NCBI GenBank assembly: GCA_030141605.1
Contig: JAQGDQ010000586.1
Coordinates: 1 to 64,000, forward strand
Source of the DNA: Tubiluchus corallicola
Lineage: Eukaryota > Animalia > Priapulida
Reading direction: 5' to 3'
DNA: 64,000 nt
The notes below the pieces were generated by a model. It was not told the origin of the DNA, ran no database searches, and was given only the letters and a program-made list of their open reading frames with translations. This document shows, piece by piece, positions 29,588 through 43,083 of the stretch; position 1 is the stretch's first letter, and each line of letters begins with the position of its first letter. Position numbers and translations under genes: made by a program.

Positions 29588-29914
29588 AACTGTTTCGTCA
29601 ACTCTCACGGTCGTCAGGTCTTTCCCAACGAGTTATTTCCTGCCTCGGTCTTTATATCAGACCTACTCATTAAACACTTACACAGTTAATGATGCGATAA
29701 GATAGGTTTCCTATACACGTACTTGCACAACGAAACTACAGAAGTAATTATGTACTCTTTCTTTAAGTACTTCATACAGTTATTTATACAGAGCAAATAT
29801 TAATTTGCTTACTTCGGAAATGACTTTCCGACAGCACTATTTCGCTTCGCTCGCATGCTTGCCTTCGCCGTGAAACCGAACAAAACTAGCGTGTGTCGAA
29901 CTGTCGATAAGCTT

Positions 29915-30324
29915 AGTGGGGTGAGCATGGCACGTTCGAGTTCGATTCGAACGTGGTTTTTAGTTCGAATTCAATTCGAACCTAAAACTATGGATTCGAA
30001 TAAGTCAGCACTTCAATCACATACGTTCTTTATCATTAAAACGTTTGAAACATCGTGCAATTAGCACAATTTAGCTGTGATTTCTGTGCAAAATTTTTAA
30101 ACAAATTACAGTGGTTTTACTGCAGAGCAAAATCGAGCAATATGCGCAATCTTTGCAATACTAATTTTTACTGGTGGTTCGAAAACTTGTTCAAAAATCT
30201 TTCAATCTCATTTCAAATTCGATTCGAATCCGAAAGACCGAAAGGGGTTCGGTTCGATTCGAATTCGAAAGTCACAAATTCGATTCGATTCGAATTCGCT
30301 TTCTGGTAGAGATTGCTCGCCCTT
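29915..30324 (+). mobile_element. MITE family 2 copy
   Basis: GGGGTGAGCATG...TTGCTCGCCCTT termini with TTCGATTCGAA subrepeats. Confidence 0.75.
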
Positions 30325-32008
30325 GTTATTAACCATTCTTGAAAACGTAATTATAAAAAAATTTAAATCTACAAGAAAGTATATGTGCAAAACTTACCAG
30401 TCATTATAAGGGTATGCTCACACTAACGTAGTGTGAACGCGCTTCGTACATTGTTGCAAAACGTTGCAAAAAATATTGCGTGTTGATCTCAGAACTCCCA
30501 CGTATTAGCGTTTGCCAAATAAGCACTAATAAATGATTATTATGACGTCATACTGTACACATCAAGTGATACTGTAGATAAAAATCGTCGTCTCTTTCAC
30601 TTTCAGCCCATTTTTCAACTCGTTTTTCGTTTTTAATCCACCCACAAAATTCTGCTTCATCAACCACAAAATTACGAGTCTTCAGCAATGCAATCCAATA
30701 ACTTTATTATCAAATTTAAAAGAGTTGAAATATATGTTAATCTTTAATCTTTAGGGTAAACTTATAGCTGTACTGGAACAAATAATGTTTCGTTTAGTCC
30801 AAAGCATGATATTTTATGCACAGTCATTTCAACTGTTTCAAACACTTTTTCAACTGTTTCATTTTTCATTTTTTTACAAATCAGCAAAGTTTTACTCCCC
30901 TCACACCTACACTTCGACATCATGTACGCTACCTGAATCGCGAGCTCTGATCTACACAGCAGCAGCTGTGTTTGCAGGCTTCACATGTCACGTGACAGCT
31001 CCAGAGATCACGTGGTCATAACAGTTGCAGCTTAACAGCTGTTAAAGCGTTGATACGGTGTTGCTAATGCAAGATATTGAAAGACTTTTTCACACGCTAC
31101 CCCATTTTCAAGTCAGATAATAAGAATAAATTTTAACACAATTAGTACTGGAAAAGCATCTGTTAGTTAAATAATAGATTAAAAACTTAACTGACGGCGG
31201 GCGAGCACAATTATTGATGACATCACAAACTAACATAATTTTCAGGAGCAAAAAATATTGTACGAGCGTATTGCACGTGTTTGTGAAAGCGAAAATGGAA
31301 GTACGGTGCTGCTGTGATATTCAGTGTGTTGTACTAAAACTAGGCAAGTTTGAAGATGAAAATTCAAGTTTTAAATTTACCGCTGTGCTCACGCATAAGC
31401 TGCCGAACGTGTGTTGTTTGTCACAAACTAACATATCTGAACTGAATGGTACAGCACCTGTTTTTTGTGTGGTAATAATTCTTTCACGAAAGTCAATTTT
31501 GAAAAAAATAGAATGTTTTCTTTCAGTATTTTAAAGTGTAGATTGTTTTGACCCGCAGTTTAAGACTGGGTCCAGTTTTACTTTAATTCTTGCCGCTTTG
31601 AATTCGTTGGTAATCGGTTTGTCAGTTTGAGAGCTGGAGTCCACCCCACACCATACTTAGCGTATTTGCTCGTGAAAGGACCAGAACCTTGCTTATTATC
31701 AAAGAAAAGGTCCTAAGATGAGCCACTGAACTAGCAGCGGTGCCTTATCTGTGTTAAACTGTGGATACTTTCTCCCTGCACCAAGTGAAAACTAAAGTTA
31801 ACATGGCGAATGAAACAGCTTAGAACTCATCGTCGCCCATTCTTTTACTAACTACCGTCAGCGCTGCTTAACTTTGCTCAAAAATGCACACACCCGGTCG
31901 TTTACCGTTTTCTTATTTTCATCTTTAGTTTCAAAACAGTCAGTTAATGATGGAATGTAAATCCATAAATTTGTAAAAACGAATTATTATAACAAAAATA
32001 AAAAATAA

Positions 32009-32051
32009 TGGCAAACCTGGATTTGAACCAGGGACGTTTAGCTTTTCATGC
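32009..32051 (-). pseudogene. tRNA-derived 3' fragment (Phe-like)
   Basis: Minus strand GCATGAAAAGCTAAACGTCCCTGGTTCAAATCCAGGTTTGCCA has a perfect T-arm CCTGG/CCAGG with B box. No D-arm or 5' half. Confidence 0.45.
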
Positions 32052-32154
32052 TTTCCGTCAATTTTTATTTCTAAAAAGAGAATCGACCATCAATGCCGCT
32101 ACTTTGAAAATACAGGCTTTTACGAAAATTATCTCTAACAAGATGTTATCCTGT

Positions 32155-32522
32155 TCCACTTTTATTCCATGATTATTCACTTCGTTTATTTCATGATTAT
32201 CTACTTTTATTCCTTTATTATTCAATTTTATTTTATGATTATCAACTTTTATTCCATTGTTATTCAATTTTGTTTCATGATTATCCACTTTTATTCCACT
32301 ATTATTCACATTTGCTCCATGATTATTCACTTCTATTTCATGATTATCCACTTTCATTCCACGATTATTCACTTTTTACTCCATGATTATTCACTTTTAT
32401 TGCATAATCATTGACTTTACTCCATAATTATTCACTTTTATTTGATGCGTATCCACTTTTTCCCACTATTATTCACATTTATTCCAAGATTATTCACTTT
32501 TATTTCGTGCTTATTCACTTCT
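32155..32522. repeat. Degenerate 21-bp minisatellite (CTTTTATTCCATGATTATTCA)
   Basis: Tandem 21-mers with 7-aa periodic ORFs. Confidence 0.9.
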
Positions 32523-33160
32523 CAATACTTGCCACACAAAATTACCTCAGAAACTACTACTTTTATTGTCGTTGATGTTACCGTTCTTGCACAGCAGTTT
32601 TGCTGTTGCCGTTGACAATATTGTAAACAATGTAAAGCCCTGCACTTTTCGCGTCGTCAGTCAACAAGTTAGTCAGTCCGTCAGTCAGCATCGTCAATCA
32701 TTATTTGATGAATTTGACGATATGTCTAATTTCAATGGTCGCCGGTATTGTCGATGTTGCCATTTTCGTTGCCGGATGGCGATTTCAGCGATAACAAAAT
32801 AATTACATCAACAGCAGCAGCTATTTTCTATTGTTGTTGTCGCCCTTGTTGTTGCGGCAGCAGTGTTGATGGTGTCGGCGTGACAACGGTAGTAGTAGTT
32901 GTGGCGGTGGTGGCAGTGGTTGCTGTTGCTGTTGTTGCTGTTGCTGCTGCTTTGTTGTTGCTGTTGCTGTTGCTGTTGTTGTTGTTGTTGTTGTTGCTGC
33001 TGCTGCTATTGTTGCTGTTGCTGTTGCTGCAGTTGTTGTTGCTGTTGTTGTTGTTTGGATAGCTAATTCAGAGCAGTGGCCATAGAGTACTGTATTTGGG
33101 TATTTGCTACATTACTTCCATTCTTATCTCCTTTCTTTCTTCTTTCTTTCTTTCTTTCTT

Positions 33161-33228
<68 letters not shown>

Positions 33229-33611
33229 CACCTCTGTAAGTATCACTGATTGTTATAGCTGCCCACAGAAAATTCCTAAAGACTTGTTTACTACAAGTGA
33301 CACAACAGCAGCTGTATCTGTTGTTCTGTTTCAGTTGAACGCATACATACCCTGTAGCTAAGAAGTTGATTGTCCGTGCGTCTCTACCCATAAGTTGTTT
33401 ACTGAAGCGAACATCAAGCGCCCTGGGCTTCAAGAATCGCCAAGCTAAAACCTTTTACGTGTAACGACCTGTTGGCTCATTGTAGCAATCTAATTACCAT
33501 TGGGCTTCACAATTGAATAACTTCCGTCGCTGGCCTGTGTGTTTTGTTGGGAATTTATGCAATTGCTGGGGCGAGAACATTTGCTTTCACTGTATCCTGT
33601 CAAGCAATCAA

Positions 33612-34238
33612 ATGTGCTTGCAAACCAAAACCGTCCATAAATCGGTGTAGTTAAAACTACATTATGATGCTTAAATGTAGAATGTACCAAAAATTCGGTC
33701 AGACAAACGCTAAACATATTGCACTTTAATATTCTAACATCAAATTATCAAGAAAATGTTCAAAAAATACTAAAAATCTAATTTTAGAACCCTGTACTCA
33801 CGTTTCGTGCTGGAAGCTAGTACTGTAATTGCAAAAAACTCCTATTTTCAAGCTCCGATAGTAGCTCATGGAAGCAGTCATTTTGCCTAGGGTTTTGTCT
33901 GTTGACAAGCCCAGCTGTTCATCAAAAAGAGCCATCTACTGGAATTAAACATAACTTAAATGTGTTCTTGCAAAAACTGTAGCAAGCAACATTTGTGCGG
34001 TTGCTAAGTGTTTTGTAGAAACGCGACAAAAAACAATGGCTGACTTTAACAGTGATTTTCTCAAGGTTATGTTTTTCACTGCATAGCCTGCACGGTCAAT
34101 TTCAACGTGGATTATCTCAGCTTTGAAATAACATAGAGTGATGAACTTGGTATCAAAATGATCCTCATGAAATGGATATGTGAATAGCTAGGAAAGCTTA
34201 ATACCGACTTATGGACGATTTTGCTATGCAAGCACATT
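33612..34238 (+). mobile_element. ~630-bp MITE family 3
   Basis: TIRs ATGTGCTTGCAAACCAAAACCGTCCATAA / TTATGGACGATTTTGCTATGCAAGCACAT. Inverted homologue at 54845-55500. Confidence 0.8.
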
Positions 34239-34443
34239 GTCAAAGTGTGCCAGATTCCTACCCGAAGCACTTAACTGTGAGTTGCACTTTTTGCAGCTCA
34301 GCGCGCTGTGTAGAAAGTTTTTAGCAGGCTGCATAGAAGAAAGCACTTGTAGAAATTTTTATCTGACATCACAGAAGGATTGAATTTGTAGAGAGCTTGA
34401 AATATATTAGAGTGAAGTTAGTGTAGAGTCTACTAGAGTACAC

Positions 34444-34880
34444 TGTTGTAGACTGGCTCACTCTGGTGGTTGAAACAAAGAATATGAAACTGTGTTGAAC
34501 TGTGAAAGACTTTATTTCTATTTACATATTACACTATTATTTACAAGAAAGAAGACACATGATGACCACTCAACAGCAATGGTCAAGAAAGGAAAAACTC
34601 GAGCTGACCTTGGCACGGCTACCGAAGTCACATGCGACCACTGAACTTACCTGATTGGCTGTAAAACACACTAGTAATCAACACTACCATATATGGGAAG
34701 CCCAGCAGGTACAGGTGACTGAGCAGCACTGACCAGGGCCACAACCTGGATTGAACTTCACTCAGTTTAATAATAAATAATTATAAATGTAGGTGGCAGC
34801 ACATATTAAATTATCATTGTAGTACTTTAATTAAGAAACGCAAATGAAATGTGCGACACTCTACACTGCTCACTGCCCCC
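34444..34880 (-). mobile_element. Possible 3' LTR of an LTR retrotransposon with polypurine tract
   Basis: On the minus strand AAAGGGGGCAG precedes TGTAG...CTACAACA, with an internal AATAAA. No second LTR or TSD found. Confidence 0.35.
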
Positions 34881-35124
34881 TTTGTTTTATGACAAAGTAA
34901 CAGTACTTTGTATACTTCTGTCTGTCATGGCCATAGTGCCTTAGAGTAGCCACCAATATACATAGCCGCCACCAATATAGGTCCCACCAATAAAATACTC
35001 TGAAATGACTTCTGTATGCACTGTTTAAAGCTCCTTGTATTTCATGGGTATGCTTCCACCCCAACCCCCTACCTCATGTATTGTACTTTACTCCAGTGTC
35101 ATTGTACACAGCTTAGTTACTGTA

Positions 35125-35685
35125 CCTCATGTGTTGCGCTTCATTCCAATAGAACTGTGCACAACTAATTGTTGTTCATCATGTATTGTGCTTCACTTCA
35201 ATAGAACTGTGCACAACTAACTGCTGCGCATCATGTATTGTGCTTCACTTCAATGGAACTGTGCACAACTAACTGCTGTGCATCATGTATTGTGTTTCAC
35301 TTCAAAAGAACTGTGCACAACTAACTGCTGTGCATCATGTATTGTGTTTCACTTCAAAAGAACTGTGCACAACTAACTGCTGTGCATCATGTATTGTGCT
35401 TCACTTCAATGGAACTGTACACAACTAACTGCTGTGCATCATGTGTTGTGCTTCACTCCAATGGAACTGTGCACAACTAATTGCTGTGCATCATGGATTG
35501 TGCTTCACTTCAATAGAACTGTGCACAACAAGCTGCTGTGCATCATGTACTGTGCTTCACTTCAATGGAACTGTGCACAACTAATTGCTGTTCATCATGT
35601 ATTGTGCTTCACTTCAATAGAACTGTGTACAACTAACTGCTGTGCACCATGTATTGTGCTTCACTTCAATGGAACCGTGCACAGC
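35125..35685. repeat. 52-bp minisatellite, ~11 copies
   Basis: CATCATGTATTGTGCTTCACTTCAATGGAACTGTGCACAACTAACTGCTGTG; period measured 35281 to 35333. Confidence 0.95.
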
Positions 35686-36424
35686 TAGCTGTACCGCACA
35701 TCTCACAGCCTGTCGTTACTTTACTGGCGTTGTGCAAAGCTTGTTTGTGCCATACCTAATTGTATGTACACAGCTTGCTACATCTCCATTTATATTCTAC
35801 GACTTTATTTTTTCCTTTTCCTTCTTTTCTTTTTATGTATATGTTTTCATAATTATCATTTTTCTTTTCGACTATCTTTTATTACTATCACGACGTGATT
35901 ACTGTTTTTACAAAGGTGCCAGCATTATCTCATTGACACAGACGTGTGTAAAATATCAAACAACATCAAAGAAACCACGAGTGAACGAGCCTTAAGTTTC
36001 AGCTAATAAACTCATTGTGTCTGATGTCTTAAGAACTTGCAATCAAAGGCAAACAGACACTGGCGTTCAAGCTTAATCAACGTACCGCAGAACGAAGCCC
36101 CAAATTACAAACAAACAAAAAGTTAATTGATTACCTCAAGCGAACAGAGAACAACTCAGAAAGAAGCCAGCGCAACGAGGTGAGTGATATGTGAGAAAGC
36201 AACATTTGCAGCTGGGGTTGAACGTGTAAGAAGCAGTTTTCACTTCTACACGAACAGAATTACAATGAGAAGCAGGTAAAAGAACACTTCAAGTGTAAAA
36301 AGTTACAATTAAAACAAGACAATTCTGAAATTTTCGCCTGAATCTTGATTAATAAGGAACGAAAGCTATAAGATAATTCCATAACATACAATACAATAGA
36401 GAAACGTACAAAGAAGGTACTCAA

Positions 36425-37050
36425 CATAATATTACGTGACATGACAAAACATAATGTAGCGTGACGTAACATGATATAACATAACATGACATGACATAAG
36501 TTAAGATAACATAACATAACATTAAATCACGCAATATGACAAAAGGTAACGCAACGTAACATAACATAACGTAATACAACATAACATAACATAACACAAA
36601 AAAACTTAATATAATATAACATAACATAGCGAAACGTGACGTAATGTAACGTATTGTAACATATCAGAACTTAACATAAAATAACATAACTTAGCATAAC
36701 ATAATACAACATAACGCAACGAAACGTAACGTAACACAACATAACACAAGCTTGTATAACGTAACATAACGTAATGTATTGTAACATAACACAACTTTAC
36801 ATAACATAACATAAAATAACATAACATAACATAACATAACACAACATAACATAACATAACATAACAAACATAACATAACATCACATAACATCACATAACA
36901 CAACATAACATAACATAACATAACATAATATAGCATAGAATGACACAGCACAGCATAGCACAACACAACACAAAGTAACATAACGAACATAGCCATCTCA
37001 CACAAAACAACTAACACAATGTAACAAAACACAACACGACACAGCACAAC
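36425..37050. repeat. Degenerate (ATAAC)n pentanucleotide repeat
   Basis: Direct reading. Confidence 0.95.
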
Positions 37051-37619
37051 CTAAAGTTGGCCAAAATAGTAAATCCATGGAATTAACAATGTAGCACAAT
37101 GAATCACAAAAGTAATTATTAATTTTTATAATCTAACGTACATATACGGGTAAAAAATAGGAAACATTAACAATTTTATCGTGCATTCTCAACCACAAAC
37201 ATTGCAGCACTTTACAACAAACAAGTACAAATAGCAACTAGATGAATTAGTGACCTAATAACGTGGTCAGAGAGGCTATGATCAGCTCATACAGACGTCA
37301 ACACTGGTCAAATATTGACGACGATAGTCACTATAATAAAGTACAATAAATCTAATTAAACAGTATGACTATATAGTAAACACCATAAAGTTTCAAACCA
37401 CGGGACATATAAAACTTCTTTATGCATCATTACCCATACACGCTTTTATGGTTTTGCCTTTCATAACATAACCTTGTTGCAATATGATCATTGGCGTAAT
37501 AATGTGAGCCGGTTAGGTGCGCATTGGTCTACCATTTGATCACGGACTCATTTTTGGAATTCCGCCGTTTGGGCGCGCCATTGTTTTCCACGCGGAAAGA
37601 ATCGAATCATTGAGATGGC

Positions 37620-37862
37620 GAGATGGCATTAAACGAGGCACTGAAACCTGCTAAACGACCTGCAGGCAGAATTGAAACAACTTGGATATCAAGAATTAAT
37701 AAAGCTTTTCAACAGCTGAGACAAAACTTAACAATAGCATCACAGAAATTGGAAATTTTAGCTGCAGACAGGGAACAGTGGAGTGCTCTAATAAAGAAGA
37801 GAGGCTCAATGTCTGCAATAGGTGTTTAGAGCTACAGAAGACGAAGAAGAAGAAGAAGAAAA
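37620..37862 (+). mobile_element. Short RTE LINE 3' fragment with (GAA)n tail
   Basis: ORF 37623-37829 ALNEALKPAKRPAGRIETTW...LAADREQW, followed by GAAGAAGAA. Confidence 0.75.
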
Positions 37863-37879
37863 GCAATAAAAAAAGCTAG

Positions 37880-38472
37880 AATGCGTTGCCAGCATATTTA
37901 TGTACAACTATGAAACTTGGAGTTTAACGATTACTCAAGAAAAGCAGATTGATACATTTCATAGAAGTCTTCTAAGGGAAGTTTTAAAGATAAGATGACC
38001 ATACATAATCAAAAATGAAGATTTATACACCAGAACGAAAGAAATTTCTTGAAGTTAAAAAGTCAAGATCCGAAGATAAAGATGGTTAGGACATCTTCTA
38101 AGATTACCAAGTGAAGCACCAGTAAGAATAGCCTTTAAGGAAGCCTTAAAATATTGCAAAAAACCACCTGGCAAACCAAAAACAACTTGGATAGCTAAGA
38201 TAAATAAAGGTGTTCAACAACTTCAACCAAATCTATCTTAGGAGTAGAAGAATTTACGCTGTTAGCTGCAGATAGAAGTGGGTGGAATACTCTGATAAAT
38301 GTTGATATTTCAATGTCTACAATAGACGGAATGAGACTGATGACGATGATCATGACGATGACAGCGATGACGATGATGTTGATGATGATGAAGATGATGA
38401 TCATGATTATGATGATTGCAATGATGATGATGATGATGATGACGACGACAGTGACGATGATGATGATGATAA
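37880..38472 (+). mobile_element. RTE LINE 3' fragment (same family as 23719-24286) with (GAT)n tail
   Basis: Colinear with 23800-24258 (CATAATCAAAAATGAAGATTTATACACCAGAACGAAAGAAATTTCTTG is shared). Contains stops and frameshifts. Confidence 0.85.
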
Positions 38473-38867
38473 TAGATTACTATCAAAAAGTACGCCTGCC
38501 GGTTACAAAATTTAATTATGACTAATAACGAACTATTGCGACTAGTGATTGGGGCCTACTGATCTCTTTTATGAATAAAAAATATCTGAAATTCTTTGTG
38601 ACTAATTTTCTCATTATTTCTATACTATGTTTGCTATTGTTGCAGCAGCAGTATCTGTTGTCCCCTTCGCTGTTTCGATTGTTAGTGATGTTTTTGAATG
38701 TCGACATCACTGTTTTCATTATTAGCTTTCACCATTCTCACCATTGTTCTTTGTCGCCATTGTTCTTGGACAATTCAGTGCACAGTAGCAAGCTGGTATT
38801 GAACTCTCATTGTCAGAGGTTACTGCTAAAGTTGTACGTTGGGTTGGAACAGAACGGGTGCCTGAAG

Positions 38868-39480
38868 TAGGTTTCAGAAAAATCGTTCTAAAAAATTATA
38901 TTACTTTGTAGCAATTTTATGCGTATATCTTACTCGCATTAAAACGAATTTTTGTTTGTTTTCATTTTAAATTTCCAGCAATACTGTTCCGACGGCGCCA
39001 TTATATGACGTCACTACGCCACGTAATTCAGGGGAAGAAAAGGAAATGTTAAACTATGTCCCAAAAAACTTTCCGTGCAAGTCTATATTACTTAGCATTT
39101 CACGTGCCTACTGGAATGACTCATGTAACTAGAAATAATAATTTAAAATGTTTGTGCCAGTTGGTAAAAAGTCGCTGACTAACCCTCCAGGGTGCACCAC
39201 TCACTAACCAAAAAACGTATTTTTAATCTTATTGACAAGATACATTAATTTAAGATTTTACTTAATTAGCAACATGTATTCTACGAATGCTCTGATTATT
39301 TTTCCAGACTTATGTTATGTTAGTTTGTGATGTCATCAATAGTTGTGCTCGCCCGCCGTTATTTAAGATTTTAATCTATTATTTAACTATCAGAAATGCT
39401 ACTGGAGTATTAATTATGTTAAAAGGTATTCCCTTTTATCGGACTTGGAAACGGGGGAAATGATTGTATGAAAAATCATC
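38868..39480 (+). mobile_element. Dispersed repeat family 4 (probable non-autonomous DNA transposon); other pieces at ~31080-31260, 41860-42372, 48385-48985
   Basis: Shared blocks such as TTTGTTTGTTTTCATTTTA, CTACGAATGCTCTGATTATTTT and TGTGCTCGCCCGCCGT in either orientation. Confidence 0.65.
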
Positions 39481-39598
39481 CCGTCTTCCTTTAAGATGCT
39501 GAGAATTTAATTAGGCGGACAACATGCCTGAGAGAATAATTGAAAATACAAAATCACGTTAAGACGTCACGTCTACTTACAAACATCAAATTTGATTG

Positions 39599-40758
39599 TG
39601 GAAAATGTTGAAATACCTAGCCGTGTTTGGAGAAATGCAGCGTAGAGGCAACAGAGTTGTATAAGCATTGATTTTTTTCAAATGTAGATGCACTGGTGGT
39701 GAGGCTGTACAGGAACCTAATTCAATGGGAAAATGTTGAATTACCTAGCCGTGTTTGGAGAAATGCAGCGTAGAGGCAACAGAATTGTATAAGTATTGAT
39801 TTTTTTTCAAATGTAGATGCACTGGTCTTGAGGCTGTACAGGAACCTAATTCAATGGGAAAATGTTGAATTACCTAGCCGTGTTTGGAGAAATGCAGCGT
39901 AGACGCAACAGAGTTGTATAAGTATTGATTTTTTTCAAATGTAGATGCACTGGTGTTGAGGCTGTACAGGAACCTAATTCAATGGGGAAAATGTTGAATT
40001 ACCTAGCAGTGTTTGGAGAAATGCAGCATAGAGGCAACAGAGCTGTATAAGTATTGATTTTTTTCAAATGTAGATGCACTGGTTGTGAGGCTGTACAGGA
40101 ACCTAATTCAATGGGAAAATGTTGAATTACCTAGCAGTGTTTGGAGAAATGCAGCGTAGAGTCAACAGAGTTGTATAAGTATTGATTTTTTTTTCAAATG
40201 TAGATGCACTGGTGTTGAGGCTGTACAGGAACCTATTCAATGGGAAAATGTTGAATTACCTAGCAGTGTTTGGAGAAATGCAGCGTAGAGGCAACAGAGT
40301 TGTATAAGCATTAATTTTTATTCAAATGTAGATGCACTGGTGGTGAGGCTGTACAGGAACCTAATTCAATGGGAAAATGTTGAATTACCTAGCCGTGTTT
40401 GGAGAAATGCAGCGTAGAGTCAACAGAGTTGTATAAGTATTGATTTTTTTTTCAAATGTAGATGCACTGGTGTTGAGGCTGTACAGGAACCTATTCAATG
40501 GGAAAATGTTGAATTACCTAGCAGTGTTTGGAGAAATGCAGCGTACAGGCAACAGAGTTGTATAAGCATTAATTTTTATTCAAATGTAGATGCACTGGTG
40601 GTGAGGCTGTACAGGAACCTAATTCAATGGGAAAATGTTGAATTACCTAGCCGTGTTGGAAGAAATGCAGCGTAGAGGCAACAGAGTTGTATAAGCAATG
40701 ATTTTTTTTCAAATGTAGATGCACTGGTGTTGAGGCTGTACAGGAACCTAATTCAATG
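39599..40758. repeat. ~128-bp tandem repeat, ~9 copies
   Basis: GGAAAATGTTGAATTACCTAGCCGTGTTTGGAGAAATGCAGCG...GGCTGTACAGGAACCTAATTCAAT; period measured 39601 to 39729. Confidence 0.97.
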
Positions 40759-42680
40759 TCAAGGATAATGTCAAGAGAACATTAAACAGGCAGCATGATA
40801 CACACAGGCAGTAGAGTACATTAAAGTACCAGAAATTCTTTTATGTTCAACAATTCATTTATTACCGAGCTTAGTGCTGCATAACTATAGCAGCCGTTCA
40901 TATACCACAACGCACTCCGTGCAATAACAGCCATTACTGCTTTAAATACCTACTAACCTTACGAGGAAAACCTGAATGCGAAAAAAGAAATTTATTCTAG
41001 TCATACACTGTTGTTGTTTTTCTTCTTCTTGTGTCAAGTTCATCTCTGAAAGCTATCGACAGGCCATAGAATTCCGAATAGGACGCAAATACGCCTGTTA
41101 AATGGATGGATCAGCCCCACATATATTGTCACATTGTTGGGGTTTCCATCATTCTAATGCAGGCTTACGATAAATTATGGATCTGCCCCATGTATAACAC
41201 CATTCACCGTTGTTCATGAACACATTTTTGGAATTTAGAATGTCCGTTGTTTGCCTCACAATGAGTAAATGACAGAGTTTTGTAGCTTACCCACACTGGT
41301 GAGAATTTCATTTATAAAACGGAAGTCATACCGGAAATACATGAATCAGACAAATAACATTCAACCGACTGTGTGGCGTATCCAAGCACAGTATTACTTC
41401 CATTCTACTTCTACTTAAACTTTTTTTATTTCCTAACAATTAAACACTTGCTTAATTAATCAATTTCTCTGTCGCGTTGCAGGAAAAAAATATGGAAGCC
41501 ATAGTTAAAGCTTGTACATATATTCATCTATATTGGTGTCAGTCTTATTTGGTTATCTGCCGTCATAAATCAGACTAATTCACTAATGCTGTAATTGAAT
41601 GGTATAAGAAGCAATATTTCAAGCATTTCAAAGAATTCGTTAAATTGACTTTTGGCGAATTCTCAAGAAATTCATTCATTCTGATTTCTGTGCATTCACC
41701 GATGCTGCATAGACGCTAAACATTTAAAGCAGAACCCCCCCCCCCCATTTTCATAAAGCCTAAAAATTCGTCTTGAAATTTTATACCACCTACATATTAC
41801 CTTTTCGTATGCACGGCTTGCATCGGTCGTAAGTTCTCGTAACGCTGTATAAATCGTGTAAATTTAAACTCCCGCGATGACCGTTAGGCGCAGCATTTTA
41901 ATGGTAGGTCGTTTGAAACAAGTTTAGATAACATTAAGTAAAGTTTGAAAAAACAATCAGAGCATTCAGTAGCATACATGTTACTTATTAAGTAAAATTT
42001 TAAACCACTGTATCTTATCAATAAGATTAAAAATACGTTTTTAGTTATTGGAGGGTGAGTCAGCAACATTTTACAAATTGGCACAAACATTTTAAATTAT
42101 TAGTCTAGTTACACAAGTCTTTCCAGCAGGTAGGCGAAATGTCAAGTAATATAACTTTGAATGGAAAGTTTTTGGGACATTGTTTAACATTTTCTTTTCT
42201 TCCCCTGATTTACTTTGTGCGTATATGACGTCATGTAATGGCGCCGTGTCAGAACAGTATTGCGGAATATCTAAAATGAAAACAAACAAAAATTAGTTTC
42301 AACGCGAGTACGATATGTGCATAAAATTGCTGTAAAGTACTGTAATTTTTTAAGGCGATTTTTCTGAAACTTGTGCCCCTCATATAGGTGCCCCTTTTCT
42401 TGTCCTTTAATCAAAGGCAATTACATTTCGTAAAAGGAGCACGAAGAATTCAGTTCAGTTCGACTTTTTGTTATTTATTCCAATTCCACGATGTCAAATT
42501 ACCATAATAATTTATTAAACATACTAAAATAACATGACATTTTCACATAATGATGTTGATTCACAGCAGGAATTCTAAATAAGTGGAAAATTAAAATTTG
42601 TGCAATCATAATTTTGTACATTGTTGCTGAGGACATCCATGTTCTGGAATGTTAATTACAATGTATGTTTATAATACTCC

Positions 42681-43083
42681 GGAATAAGCCTTTTCACAGT
42701 TTCGTTGTGCACACGCGCATTTGGTGTAGGTCAAAGTTAAGTGTACCACAGCAACGATCACTACAACCGTTACGTGACACGCGGGTAAAGCAAAGCCTTC
42801 TGTCACATCAATTCAGTAACTTCAGTTGCTTTACATATACTACTTTACTTAATTATGCATTAGTCTGCATAGAGTGATTTACTAGCAGGATCTTGCTTGG
42901 GAACAAGAAAAAATGAACTAGGTAACGTGTTAGCTAGCTGTTATAACTGTTATTATTACAATAGCTTGGGCTGCGGGGCATTGTCAAGTGTACACAAATG
43001 CGTTGTCTGGTACACTTAACATTAACCTTTCACATTTTCATGATCGCTCATCAACTGCTGAAACTGTGTAAAAGCTTACTGCC
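42681..43083 (-). mobile_element. MITE family 1 copy
   Basis: GGAATAAGCCTTTTCACAGTT...AACTGTGTAAAAGCTTACTGCC, colinear with 4001-4392. Confidence 0.8.

Noticed and set aside
39599-40758. 128-bp units as tandemly repeated exons (they contain AG/GT-like sites)
   Set aside because: Units carry variable-length T runs and no consistent reading frame or recognisable domain.
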